NCBI GenBank assembly: GCA_963664235.1
Contig: OY760933.1
Location: 76,503-140,502 of the forward strand
Source: Acidimicrobiales bacterium
Lineage (GTDB): Bacteria; Actinomycetota; Acidimicrobiia; Acidimicrobiales; CATQHL01
DNA length: 64,000 nt
Direction of reading: 5' to 3'
The notes under the pieces are model-generated. The model saw nothing but the letters and a program-made list of their open reading frames with translations. It was not told where the DNA came from and did not search any database. Made by a program: the position numbers and the translations under genes. Shown here in pieces: positions 1 to 8,329 of this stretch. Position 1 is the stretch's first letter, and every line of letters starts with the position of its first letter.

Positions 1-625
1 GCTGGCCCTGGCCGCGCTGGCCGCGGTCCGGCTGCTGGACGCCACCGGGCACGACCTGGTCATCGTGGAGACCGTCGGCATCGGGCAGGTCGAGGTGGAC
101 ATCGCCCGCACCGCCGACACCACGATCGTGGCCGTGAGCCCGGGCTGGGGGGACGCCGTTCAGGCCAACAAGGCCGGGCTGTTGGAGATGGCCGACATCT
201 TCGTCGTCAACAAGGCAGACCGGGCCGGGGCCTCCGACGCCCGGCGGGACCTGGAGTACATGTTGGATCTGGGGCACCGCGACGGCTGGAGGCCGCCGGT
301 GGCGCTCACGGTTGCAACCACCGGCGACGGCGCCGACGAACTCTTCAAGCACGTGCAGGACCATCGCCACCACCTGCGCGACTCCAGCGCCTTGGCCGAC
401 CGGCGCGCCCGTCACGTCGCCGAGGAAGTTCGCCGCCACCTGCACCGCTGGGTGGACGAGCTGTGCGAACACCCCCCCGAACGGGCTGCGGCGCTGTTCG
501 CACAGGTCGCGGCCGGCCGGCTGGCACCGTCGGCGGCGGCGCGGCGACTGGCCGGCGAACTCGGCAAGCTCAGCGACCGTGACGGTGAGACCGCTGAGAC
601 CGCCGGCGAAGAGACGGAGGTCTGA
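1..625 (+). CDS. meaB: MeaB/ArgK-type G3E GTPase (methylmalonyl-CoA mutase accessory protein), C-terminal part; 5' end lies outside the window
   Basis: The frame of ORF 65..625 is open back to base 2. The translation ...HDLVIVETVGIGQVEVD...FVVNKADR... carries the ETVG(I/V)GQ and NKxD GTPase motifs of MeaB/ArgK. The stop at 623-625 lies 1 nt before the next ATG. Confidence 0.8.
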   Translation, partial: LALAALAAVRLLDATGHDLVIVETVGIGQVEVDIARTADTTIVAVSPGWGDAVQANKAGLLEMADIFVVNKADRAGASDARRDLEYMLDLGHRDGWRPPVALTVATTGDGADELFKHVQDHRHHLRDSSALADRRARHVAEEVRRHLHRWVDELCEHPPERAAALFAQVAAGRLAPSAAARRLAGELGKLSDRDGETAETAGEETEV

Positions 626-626
626 C

Positions 627-1871
627 ATGCAGAGCCCCCTCACCGGAGGACCCGGCGCGATCGTGCTGACGGGCTGGCAGCAGGCCCGCGAGGCCTACCG
701 GAGCAAGAATCTGCGCCAGGCCATGTACGACGAGGGGGCCGTCATCATGGAGGACTGCCTGCTGGTGCTGCACGGCGAGGCCCACCGGCGGCGCCGGCGC
801 GTGGAGAACCGGCTGTTCCGCCGGGAGGTGTTCGCCCACTGGGAGCGCGGGGTGCTGGGCGAGACCCTGAACGCGGTGCTGGCACCATACCTCGCCGCCG
901 GAAGGGCCGACCTGAGGGCACTCGGCTACCGGGCGGCCATCAGCCTCACCGCCACGATCGCCGGGGTGGACCACGACCCCGCCAACGTGGCCCACACCTC
1001 GAGGCTGGAGGAATTCGTGGGGACCTTCAGCGCCGGGGCGACCCTGGCACACTCCACCCGGGATCCCGAAGAGGTCCGGGCGGAGGTGCGAGAGCAGTTG
1101 CAGGCATTCCGGGTCGAGATGCTGACCGAGTCCCTGGACCGGCGGCGGGAGTTGCTGGCCCGGCTGGCCCGCGGCGAGATCGCTGAGGAGGGCCTTCCCC
1201 ACGACGTCGCGACGCTGTTGCTCCGCCACCAGGAGGCCCTCGACATCACCGATGCGGTGATCGAGCGGGAGATCTGCTTCTACCTGCAGGCCGGGGCCCA
1301 CAGCACCGCCGACACCTACACCCACGCCCTCGATGAACTCTTCAGCCGCGGCGGATCGCATCCCGAGGATCTCGAGCGGGCATCCAGCGATGCGGCCTTC
1401 GCCCAGCGCTGCGTGCACGAGTCGCTGCGCCTCAACCCGGCAAGCCCGGTGGCGTGGCGCGAGCCGCTGCGAACCGTGAACCTGCGCGACGGCACGGTGC
1501 TGCCCCAGGGCAGCAGGGTCGTCATCGATCTCGCCACCGTGAACCGCGACCCGGAGGTGTGGGGGCCCGACGCCGGCGTCTTCAACCCACACCGGACCGT
1601 TCCGGAGGGCGCCAATGCCTGGGGCCTCAGCTTCGGCGCAGGGGCGCACGCCTGCATCGGCGCCGAGCTCGACGGCGGCATGGAACTCCTCGGGGACACC
1701 ACGCCCGACGATGACCATCTCTACGGCACCGTCGCAGTGATGGTCACGGCCACGCTCGCCGCCGGCGGCCGACCCGACCCGCAGAACCCGCCGGTGCAGG
1801 ATCCCAACACCAAGCGCCCACACTTTTCGTCGTACCCCATCATCTTCGCGGGAGCCCAGGAGCAGCCATGA
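627..1871 (+). CDS. Cytochrome P450, paralog 1 (non-canonical I-helix)
   Basis: Start taken at inner ATG 627 of ORF 312..1871; the upstream part overlaps meaB and is Arg/Pro-rich. It has the heme-thiolate loop FGAGAHACIG and the ExxR motif HESLR. The I-helix reads AGAHST (1290-1307). It aligns over its full length with 3837..5090. Confidence 0.85.
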   Translation: MQSPLTGGPGAIVLTGWQQAREAYRSKNLRQAMYDEGAVIMEDCLLVLHGEAHRRRRRVENRLFRREVFAHWERGVLGETLNAVLAPYLAAGRADLRALGYRAAISLTATIAGVDHDPANVAHTSRLEEFVGTFSAGATLAHSTRDPEEVRAEVREQLQAFRVEMLTESLDRRRELLARLARGEIAEEGLPHDVATLLLRHQEALDITDAVIEREICFYLQAGAHSTADTYTHALDELFSRGGSHPEDLERASSDAAFAQRCVHESLRLNPASPVAWREPLRTVNLRDGTVLPQGSRVVIDLATVNRDPEVWGPDAGVFNPHRTVPEGANAWGLSFGAGAHACIGAELDGGMELLGDTTPDDDHLYGTVAVMVTATLAAGGRPDPQNPPVQDPNTKRPHFSSYPIIFAGAQEQP

Positions 1872-2671
1872 CGACCGACCGTTCCCTTCTCGTGACCGGC
1901 GGCGCCGTCGGCATCGGTGCCGAGATCGCCCGGCTCGCGGCAGCTGCGGGCTACCGCGTCGGAGTCCTCGACGTTGACGCCACTGGGGCACAAGCCACCG
2001 CGGAGGGCATCGACGGCGCGGTGGCGCTGGCGGCCTCGGTCAGCGACGAGGACGAGATCGAAGCCGCGCTCGACGCCTTCGGCACCCCTGAGGTGCTCGT
2101 CAACAACGCCGGCATCGTCCGCTTCGGACCTCTCCTGGATCTGCCGGCCGGTGACTTCAGGGCCGTCGTGGACGTGAACCTGGTCGGCACCTTCCTGTGC
2201 GGGCGGGCCGCGGCGCGCCGCATGGCCGGCGCCGGGGGCGGGCAAATCGTGAACGTGGCGTCCATGAACGGCATCGCGCCCGGCCCCAATGCCGGCGCCT
2301 ACGCCTCCACCAAGGCCGGCATCATCATGCTGACCCAGCAGATGGCGCTGGAGTGGTCGCGCTTGGGCGTACGGGTCAACTGTGTCGCCCCGGGACTTAT
2401 CGACGGCGGCATGTCGGCACCCATCAACGCCGACCCGGTGCTGCGGGCCGAGCGCGAGATCGCCGTGCCGCGAGGCCGTCTCGGCAGCACCGCCGACATC
2501 GCCAAGGCCGTCCTGTGGCTGGCCTCGGCGGACTCCGACTACGTCTGCGGCCAGACGCTGCTGGTCGACGGTGGCATCACCATGTCGATCCTCTCGCACC
2601 TGCCGCGGCCGGCCAGCGTGGACGGCGTGGGCGACGACGCACGCACCCCTGGACGCCCGGCGGCGTCATGA
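1868..2671 (+). CDS. Short-chain dehydrogenase/reductase (SDR)
   Basis: The start forms an ATGA overlap with the P450 stop. Motifs seen are TGGAVGIG, NNAG and YASTKAG (YxxxK). Confidence 0.85.
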   Translation: MTTDRSLLVTGGAVGIGAEIARLAAAAGYRVGVLDVDATGAQATAEGIDGAVALAASVSDEDEIEAALDAFGTPEVLVNNAGIVRFGPLLDLPAGDFRAVVDVNLVGTFLCGRAAARRMAGAGGGQIVNVASMNGIAPGPNAGAYASTKAGIIMLTQQMALEWSRLGVRVNCVAPGLIDGGMSAPINADPVLRAEREIAVPRGRLGSTADIAKAVLWLASADSDYVCGQTLLVDGGITMSILSHLPRPASVDGVGDDARTPGRPAAS

Positions 2672-3432
2672 GACCTGTCGAGGGCATGTCGGTGCTCATC
2701 ACCGGGGGCGGGTCGGGCATCGGCGAAGGCGCCGCGGAGCACTTCACCGCAGCCGGCGCGTCGGTGACGATCACCGGGCGCCGGGCGGAGAAGATCGGGG
2801 CGGTGGCGGACCGGCTGGGCGATCGCTGCTGCGCCGTGGCGGGCGACGTGACGGTGGCCACCGACCGCGAGCGAATGGTCGAGACGGCTGTGCGCCACGG
2901 CGAGGGGCGCCTCGACGTGCTCTTGAACAACGCCGGGAACATGTACCGGGGCCCGGTGGAAGAACTCGAAGAGGATCGGCTGCTTGCCCTGTTCCACAGC
3001 AACGTCGTGGCAGGCATGATGCTCTGCGGCATGGCTGTGCCGCACTTGCGCCGAACGCAGGGATGCGTGCTGTTCGTGGGCTCGGTGCACACCAAGCGCA
3101 GCTTCCCCGGCGTGGCGCCGTACGCGGCCACCAAAGGCGCCATCGAGACGCTCACCGGCGTCCTGGCCGCCGAATTGGGACCGCAGGGAATCAGGGTGGG
3201 CTGCGTGCGCCCCGGCGCGGTGCTCACCGAGATCAATCAGCGGGCCGGGCTGTTCGACGACGAGCAGGCCGCGGCCCGGTTGGCGGCGATGTCGGGGGCC
3301 CACGCCCTCGGGCGCATCGGCACCGCCACCGAGATCGCCGAGGCCTTCGAGTACCTGGCGAGGGCCGAGTGGACCACCGGGGAGGTGCTGGTCGTGGACG
3401 GCGGCCTGGGACTCGGGATCACCCATGACTGA
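2668..3432 (+). CDS. Short-chain dehydrogenase/reductase (SDR)
   Basis: Start taken at inner ATG 2668 of ORF 2197..3432, in an ATGA overlap with the previous stop. Motifs seen are ITGGGSGIG, NNAG and YAATKGA. Confidence 0.85.
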   Translation: MRPVEGMSVLITGGGSGIGEGAAEHFTAAGASVTITGRRAEKIGAVADRLGDRCCAVAGDVTVATDRERMVETAVRHGEGRLDVLLNNAGNMYRGPVEELEEDRLLALFHSNVVAGMMLCGMAVPHLRRTQGCVLFVGSVHTKRSFPGVAPYAATKGAIETLTGVLAAELGPQGIRVGCVRPGAVLTEINQRAGLFDDEQAAARLAAMSGAHALGRIGTATEIAEAFEYLARAEWTTGEVLVVDGGLGLGITHD

Positions 3433-3796
3433 GCCCATGGGCGATCTCGCCCGGCGCAGCGCCCGGCAGGTCGTCGAGGATCATCTCGAGTCCATCGGGA
3501 CCGGCGACCCGGCCGCCATGGCCGCGGACTACGCCGCCGATGCCGTCCTGGTGCGCGGCGAGGCGTCCTATGTGGGCGCTGCGGTGATCTGCGAGTACTT
3601 CGAGTCCGTGCCCCGGCGGCTGGCAGGCGGTGAGGTGTCCTTCGGCGAGCGCACCGACCACGGCGGCGGTCGCATATCGGTGCGCTGGCGCATCAGTGGC
3701 GGGCCCGCCGGCGGCACGTCCGGCTGTGACACCTTCACGGTCGCCGGCGGCGCCATCTCGCATCAGTCCGTGGCTCTCGACGATGCCGACTTCTGA
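3425..3796 (+). CDS. Small SnoaL/NTF2-like protein (family-level guess)
   Basis: 123 aa, overlapping the upstream SDR by 8 nt. Size and pattern (...VVEDHLESIGTGDPAAMAADYAADAVLV...) resemble SnoaL-like/NTF2 folds. No diagnostic motif was seen. Confidence 0.5.
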   Translation: MTEPMGDLARRSARQVVEDHLESIGTGDPAAMAADYAADAVLVRGEASYVGAAVICEYFESVPRRLAGGEVSFGERTDHGGGRISVRWRISGGPAGGTSGCDTFTVAGGAISHQSVALDDADF

Positions 3797-3836
3797 ACCG
3801 CTCCTTTGAACGACTCCCTACGATGAGGCGCCGACC

Positions 3837-5090
3837 ATGACCTCCACCACCACGAACCCCGACAATCCCGCCACGGCCGCCCCCCGGACTGTCACCGTCA
3901 CCAGCCTCGCCGCGGCACAGCGTTGTTACCGCAACCGCGACCTGCGCCAGGGCTCCTACGACGAGGGTGACGTGGTCATGGCCGATGTGGTCATCAACCT
4001 GCACGGCGCCGAGCACCGCAACCGTCGCCGCCTCGAGAACCGCCTGTTCCGGCGCGACACCTTCTGGCACTTCGAGCAGGATCTGTTCCCGGCGATCTTC
4101 GACGAGACCCTGGCGCCGCACCTGGCGGCGGGCCGCACAGAACTGGTGCGCTTCAGCCACCAGCTGATGATGAACCTGGCGGCTCTCACCGCCGGCGTGG
4201 ACCGCCACGAGGGCACGCCGGAGGAGACCTTCCGCCTCTACGACTACCTCATGCTGTTCATCGAGGGCGCCACGATCGCGCACTACACCGGCGACAAGGC
4301 CGCCAAGACGGCCGAGATCGCACAGGCACTGGCAGCGTTCGGTGAGGAGTTCCTCTCTCCGGGAATCGCACGCCGCCGGGCGATCCTGGACCGCATCGCC
4401 GCCGGCGAAGCGCCCGAATCCGAACTGCCCCCCGACGTGCTGAGCGTGCTGGTCCGCAACCAGGACAACCTGGACCTCACGCCGGAGATCATCTGCCGGG
4501 AGGTGGCCTTCTACATGCTGGCCGGGGCGCACACCAGCGCCACCGCCTTCACCCGGGCGATGCACAACATCTTCAGCTGGCTCGAGGAGCACCCCGAGGC
4601 CGCCGACCTGCCGCGCACCGACCGGCTCTTCTGCCAGCGCGCCACCCACGAGACGATCCGGCTGCAGCCTTCCAGCCCCGTGGCTGTGCGCTGGGCCGAG
4701 GCCGACTTCGAACTCGCCGACGGCACCGCGGTCCGCACCGGCGACAAGGTCGTCATCGACCTGCCGACGGTGAACCGTGACCCCGCTTTCTTCGGCGACG
4801 ACGCCGACGACTTCAACCCGATGCGCGGAGTCCCCGAGGGGGCGCACCCTTGGGGCCTCAGCTTCGGCATGGGGATGCACGCCTGCATCGGCCAGGATCT
4901 CGCCGCGGGCGTGGTGCTCGACCCCGACAGCGGGCTCGGCAGCCATCTGTTCGGCGTCACACCGGTGGCGGTGCAGACCATGTTCGACCACGGCTGCGTC
5001 CCCGATCCCGACGATCCCCCCGAGATGGACCCCTCCACGACACGGCCCTACTTCGGCCGCTACCCGGTGATCTTCACCCGCAGCACCTGA
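3837..5090 (+). CDS. Cytochrome P450, paralog 2 (non-canonical I-helix)
   Basis: It has the heme loop FGMGMHACIG and the ExxR motif HETIR. The I-helix reads AGAHTS (4521-4538). It is a paralog of 627..1871. Confidence 0.85.
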   Translation: MTSTTTNPDNPATAAPRTVTVTSLAAAQRCYRNRDLRQGSYDEGDVVMADVVINLHGAEHRNRRRLENRLFRRDTFWHFEQDLFPAIFDETLAPHLAAGRTELVRFSHQLMMNLAALTAGVDRHEGTPEETFRLYDYLMLFIEGATIAHYTGDKAAKTAEIAQALAAFGEEFLSPGIARRRAILDRIAAGEAPESELPPDVLSVLVRNQDNLDLTPEIICREVAFYMLAGAHTSATAFTRAMHNIFSWLEEHPEAADLPRTDRLFCQRATHETIRLQPSSPVAVRWAEADFELADGTAVRTGDKVVIDLPTVNRDPAFFGDDADDFNPMRGVPEGAHPWGLSFGMGMHACIGQDLAAGVVLDPDSGLGSHLFGVTPVAVQTMFDHGCVPDPDDPPEMDPSTTRPYFGRYPVIFTRST

Positions 5091-5208
5091 GACGGCCCGA
5101 GCCACCGATCCCCGCCAGCGGCGCGGCCGGTTGGGCCCGAACCACGAACCCCGACCGACCACACCACATTCGACAACCCCCAACTCGAGAAACACGGAGG
5201 ACCCCCAC

Positions 5209-5943
5209 ATGAGCGTTGCAACCCTGGGACCCAGCACCGACCAACTCGCCGCCATGACCCCCGAGGAGTTCGTGGGACTCCTGCGGGCCGAGCTCACCAG
5301 GCCCGGCTGCGGCATGGCCGACCACCCCGTCGTGGCCGCCATGGAGGACGGCAGCATCACCGTCGCGCAACTGGTGCTGTTCTGCGAGCAGTTCTACCTG
5401 CACATCTCCCGCATGCTTCCCTGGATCGGGGCGATCTACGTGAACTGCCCCCACGAGGACGTGCGCACCACGCTGGTCAAGAACCTGGCCGAGGAGTGCA
5501 TGGGCATCGAGACCGGCACGAAGGCCCACCCCGAGTTGCTGCTGGAGTGGGGAGCGGCCCTCGGCGGTGACGTCGAGGCCATGCGCACGGCCGAGCAGCT
5601 GCCCGCCGGCCGCCGGCTCACGGAGTACTTCGAGTTCATGGGGCTGTGCCGCGACTGGTGCGTGCCGCTGGCCGCCATCGGCATCGGCCTGGAGTCCTTC
5701 GTGCCGGACACCTTCACACGCATCGTGGCGGCCCAGAAGAAGAACTACGGCATGAGCGACGAGGACCTCATCTTCTGGACTATGCACATCCTCGCCGACG
5801 CCGAGCACGGCGACGAGGGCATCGAGATCGTCTCGGAGTACGCCCGCACGCCTGCCCAGCGCGACGCCGTGTACCACTGCACGCTGGAGACCGGGCGCCT
5901 CTTCTACGACATGTGGAACCTGTATCGCACCGTGCCGGCCTGA
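5209..5943 (+). CDS. Heme-oxygenase-like (TenA/PqqC/CADD-type) putative diiron oxidase
   Basis: Start taken at inner ATG 5209, preceded by GGAGG (5196-5200). The protein looks all-helical and has the carboxylate/His pairs NLAEECMG...H and ILADAEHGDEG typical of the Haem_oxygenase_2/HDO family. Confidence 0.55.
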   Translation: MSVATLGPSTDQLAAMTPEEFVGLLRAELTRPGCGMADHPVVAAMEDGSITVAQLVLFCEQFYLHISRMLPWIGAIYVNCPHEDVRTTLVKNLAEECMGIETGTKAHPELLLEWGAALGGDVEAMRTAEQLPAGRRLTEYFEFMGLCRDWCVPLAAIGIGLESFVPDTFTRIVAAQKKNYGMSDEDLIFWTMHILADAEHGDEGIEIVSEYARTPAQRDAVYHCTLETGRLFYDMWNLYRTVPA

Positions 5944-7097
5944 TGGACCTGAGCGCCGAGCAGGAGGCCCTGCGGGAGACGGTCGCGGCGCTCGCCGCCG
6001 ACCTCTACGAGCCCCAGGCTGCTTCCTGGGATGCCGAGCGCACCCCGTTCCCCGACGCCGAGAGGCGCCGCCTCGCCGAACTGGGATACATGGGGATGGG
6101 CCTGCCGCCGGAGTACGGGGGTGGCGGGGCCGACCTGCTTGACTCCCTCATCGTCATCGAGGAGCTGGCCAAAGCCGCCCCGACGGCGGCGTTCGGTGTG
6201 TTCGAGGCCAACACCGGCCCCGCACGTGTCATCGACCTCTTCGGCACGCCCGAACAGAAGGCCCGCCTGCTTCCTCCCGTCGCCGGCGGCGAGGTGACCA
6301 TGGCGATCACCATCTCCGAGCCCGACGCCGGCTCGGCCGCCACCGACATGACCACCGCCGCGGTGCGCCAGGGGGACCGCTACGTGATCAACGGCATGAA
6401 GCGCTGGTGCTCGGGCGCAGGTCACGCCGAGCAGTACCTGGTCTACGTGCGCCTGAGCGACGAGCCCGGCGCCCGTTCCATCGGGGCCCTGGTGGTCGAC
6501 CGCGACAGCGACGGGCTGAGCTTCGGACCCCAGGAACGGCTCATGGGGTTCCGGGGCATCCCCTCGGCGGACATGTTCTTCGACGACGTGGCCGTTCCGG
6601 CCGAGAACCTGGTCATCGGCGCGGGCGGCTTCGGGCAGCTGTTCACCGCGTTCAGCATCGAGCGGCTCGGCAACGCCACGATGAGCCTGGCCATCGGCCA
6701 AGCCTGTGTGGACCTCTGCGCCGCGTACGTCACCGAGCGCCGCCAGTTCGGCAAGGAAATCGTGGAGTTCCAGACGGTGCAGACCGCCCTTGCCGACATG
6801 ATCCTGCAAGTGGAGGCGGCCCGGCTGCTGATCTGGCGGGCGGCGGCGCGTGCGGGCCGCGGCGCGCCGCGCACCCTGGAGGCCTCGCTGGCCAAGTGCT
6901 TCGCCAATGAGATGGCCAAGAAGGTGGCCGACGTGGCGGTGCAGCTGCACGGCGGCTACGGCTACAGCGAGGAGTACGGCATCGAGCGGCGCCTGCGCGA
7001 CTCGCACGGCTGGGCCATCGCCGGTGGCACGCCCACCATCCAGAAGGTGCGGATCGTCTCGGAGTACCTGCAGCGCCGCTTCAACCAGCGCGCCTGA
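5943..7097 (+). CDS. Acyl-CoA dehydrogenase
   Basis: Start taken at inner ATG 5943, in a TGATG overlap with the upstream stop. The ACAD pattern runs throughout (...LGYMGMGLPPEYGGGG..., ...KRWCSGAG..., ...FGKEIVEFQ..., ...IAGGTPTIQ...). Confidence 0.85.
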   Translation: MDLSAEQEALRETVAALAADLYEPQAASWDAERTPFPDAERRRLAELGYMGMGLPPEYGGGGADLLDSLIVIEELAKAAPTAAFGVFEANTGPARVIDLFGTPEQKARLLPPVAGGEVTMAITISEPDAGSAATDMTTAAVRQGDRYVINGMKRWCSGAGHAEQYLVYVRLSDEPGARSIGALVVDRDSDGLSFGPQERLMGFRGIPSADMFFDDVAVPAENLVIGAGGFGQLFTAFSIERLGNATMSLAIGQACVDLCAAYVTERRQFGKEIVEFQTVQTALADMILQVEAARLLIWRAAARAGRGAPRTLEASLAKCFANEMAKKVADVAVQLHGGYGYSEEYGIERRLRDSHGWAIAGGTPTIQKVRIVSEYLQRRFNQRA

Positions 7098-7114
7098 CGG
7101 ACCGACCTCCCGGG

Positions 7115-8329
7115 CTAGCGGTCGGCGCCCAGCAGCACGGCGTTGTGGTATTGGGCGCCCGAACCGGCGCCGGTCACCAGGGCCACCTCGGCGCCGGGCA
7201 CCTGTGACGGCCCGGCGGTGCCGCGGATCTGGCGCACCGCCTCGACGATCTTCAGCGTCGGGCCGCCCCAGCCCACGTGCGAGTACGCCATGAGTCCCCC
7301 GTCGGTGTTGGTGGGATGCCGGCCGTCGAGCCCGATGCCGGCCTCGGCTAGGTAGTCCACGCCCTCGCCTTCGCCACAGAAGCCGAGCGTCTCGAACTGC
7401 CGGATCACCTCGAAGGTGTTGATGTCGTAGAGCTCGAAGACGTCCACGTCGGCAGGCCGCAGGCCCGCCATGGCGAAGCTGCGCCGGTAGGCGCCGGAGC
7501 CGATGCGGGCCACGTCGTCGTAGCGGGGCGGATCCACGTACTGCTGGCGGTGCCACTCCGAGCCGCCGCCCAGGATCACCGCCGGCGCTGATGGGCAGTC
7601 ACGGGCGCGCTCGAGGCTCGTGATGACCATGGCGGCAGCGCCCTCGGTGGCTAGGCACAGGTCCAGCAGCCGGAACGGCTCGGCCACCGGCGGCGACGCC
7701 AGCACGTCGGCCGGCGTGTACGGGCCACGCCCGTACATCACTGCGGCGGGGTTGGCGGACCCGGCGTTGCGGATGGTGGCGGGCACCAGCGCCATCCGCT
7801 CGGGGTCGGGGGCGAACCGGTGCAGATACACCTGCGCCACCAGGGCGAACTGCGCGGCGGTGAGCGACCCCCAGCACGAGGTGAACTCGTTGTCGGGCCG
7901 GGTGTAGGAGGCCACGGTCCCCCCGGCGCCGCTCGCGGCGTCGCCGCCAGAGGACACCCCGGCGCCGGACTCCCCTGCTCTGCCCCCGAACACCAGCACC
8001 GTCGAGGCTTGGCCGGCCAGGATGGCGCCGGCGGCGTCGAGCAGGCCGGGGGCTCCCTGTGGGTAGGTGTCGCCCACCCAGTTGAACCCCTTGCCCACCA
8101 GCGCCGACCAGTCCACGGAGCCGGGATGGAAGATCGTGCCGCCGGGACCGGGCCAGCGCGCCGAGATGCCGTCCACGTCGTCGAGGCCCATCCCGGCGTC
8201 TGCGAGCGCGGCGTGCGCCGCCTCCAGGCAGATCTGCACAGAGTTCCCTTCGAGGCTCCGGGCCTGGCGCGTGGCCGCCACTCCTGCCACGGCGATGCCC
8301 GCCAGCGGGTGACTGCCCAAAGCGCTCAC
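7115..8329 (-). CDS. Thiolase-like protein of the SCP-x / lipid-transfer (Ltp) type
   Basis: GTG start at 8329 in a GTGA overlap with the upstream stop. It shows a thiolase-fold pattern (...GQASTVLVFGG..., ...TNTDGGLMAYSHVGWGGPTL...). It shares an operon with a DUF35 protein. Confidence 0.75.
   Translation of the reverse strand: MSALGSHPLAGIAVAGVAATRQARSLEGNSVQICLEAAHAALADAGMGLDDVDGISARWPGPGGTIFHPGSVDWSALVGKGFNWVGDTYPQGAPGLLDAAGAILAGQASTVLVFGGRAGESGAGVSSGGDAASGAGGTVASYTRPDNEFTSCWGSLTAAQFALVAQVYLHRFAPDPERMALVPATIRNAGSANPAAVMYGRGPYTPADVLASPPVAEPFRLLDLCLATEGAAAMVITSLERARDCPSAPAVILGGGSEWHRQQYVDPPRYDDVARIGSGAYRRSFAMAGLRPADVDVFELYDINTFEVIRQFETLGFCGEGEGVDYLAEAGIGLDGRHPTNTDGGLMAYSHVGWGGPTLKIVEAVRQIRGTAGPSQVPGAEVALVTGAGSGAQYHNAVLLGADR

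Noticed and set aside
312-626. N-terminal extensions offered by the ORF track (312..626, 2197..2667, 5131..5208, 5646..5942, 15958..16176, 18729..18875, 26209..27042, 13988..14335, 15211..15321, 45727..46347, 51480..51998, 57240..57413)
   Set aside because: The extensions overlap the preceding gene, are Arg/Pro-rich, and are followed by an inner start with an RBS or a start/stop overlap that matches the usual N-terminus of the family.
570-1991. Long antisense or out-of-frame ORFs typical of high-GC DNA (for example 570..1991-, 5904..7556-, 16450..17916-, 25913..27007-, 27369..28622-, 39871..41223+, 41245..43074+, 55203..57359+)
   Set aside because: Each fully overlaps a gene on the other strand or frame that has clear family motifs. 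Their translations are Arg/Pro/Gly/His-rich with no motifs and no RBS.
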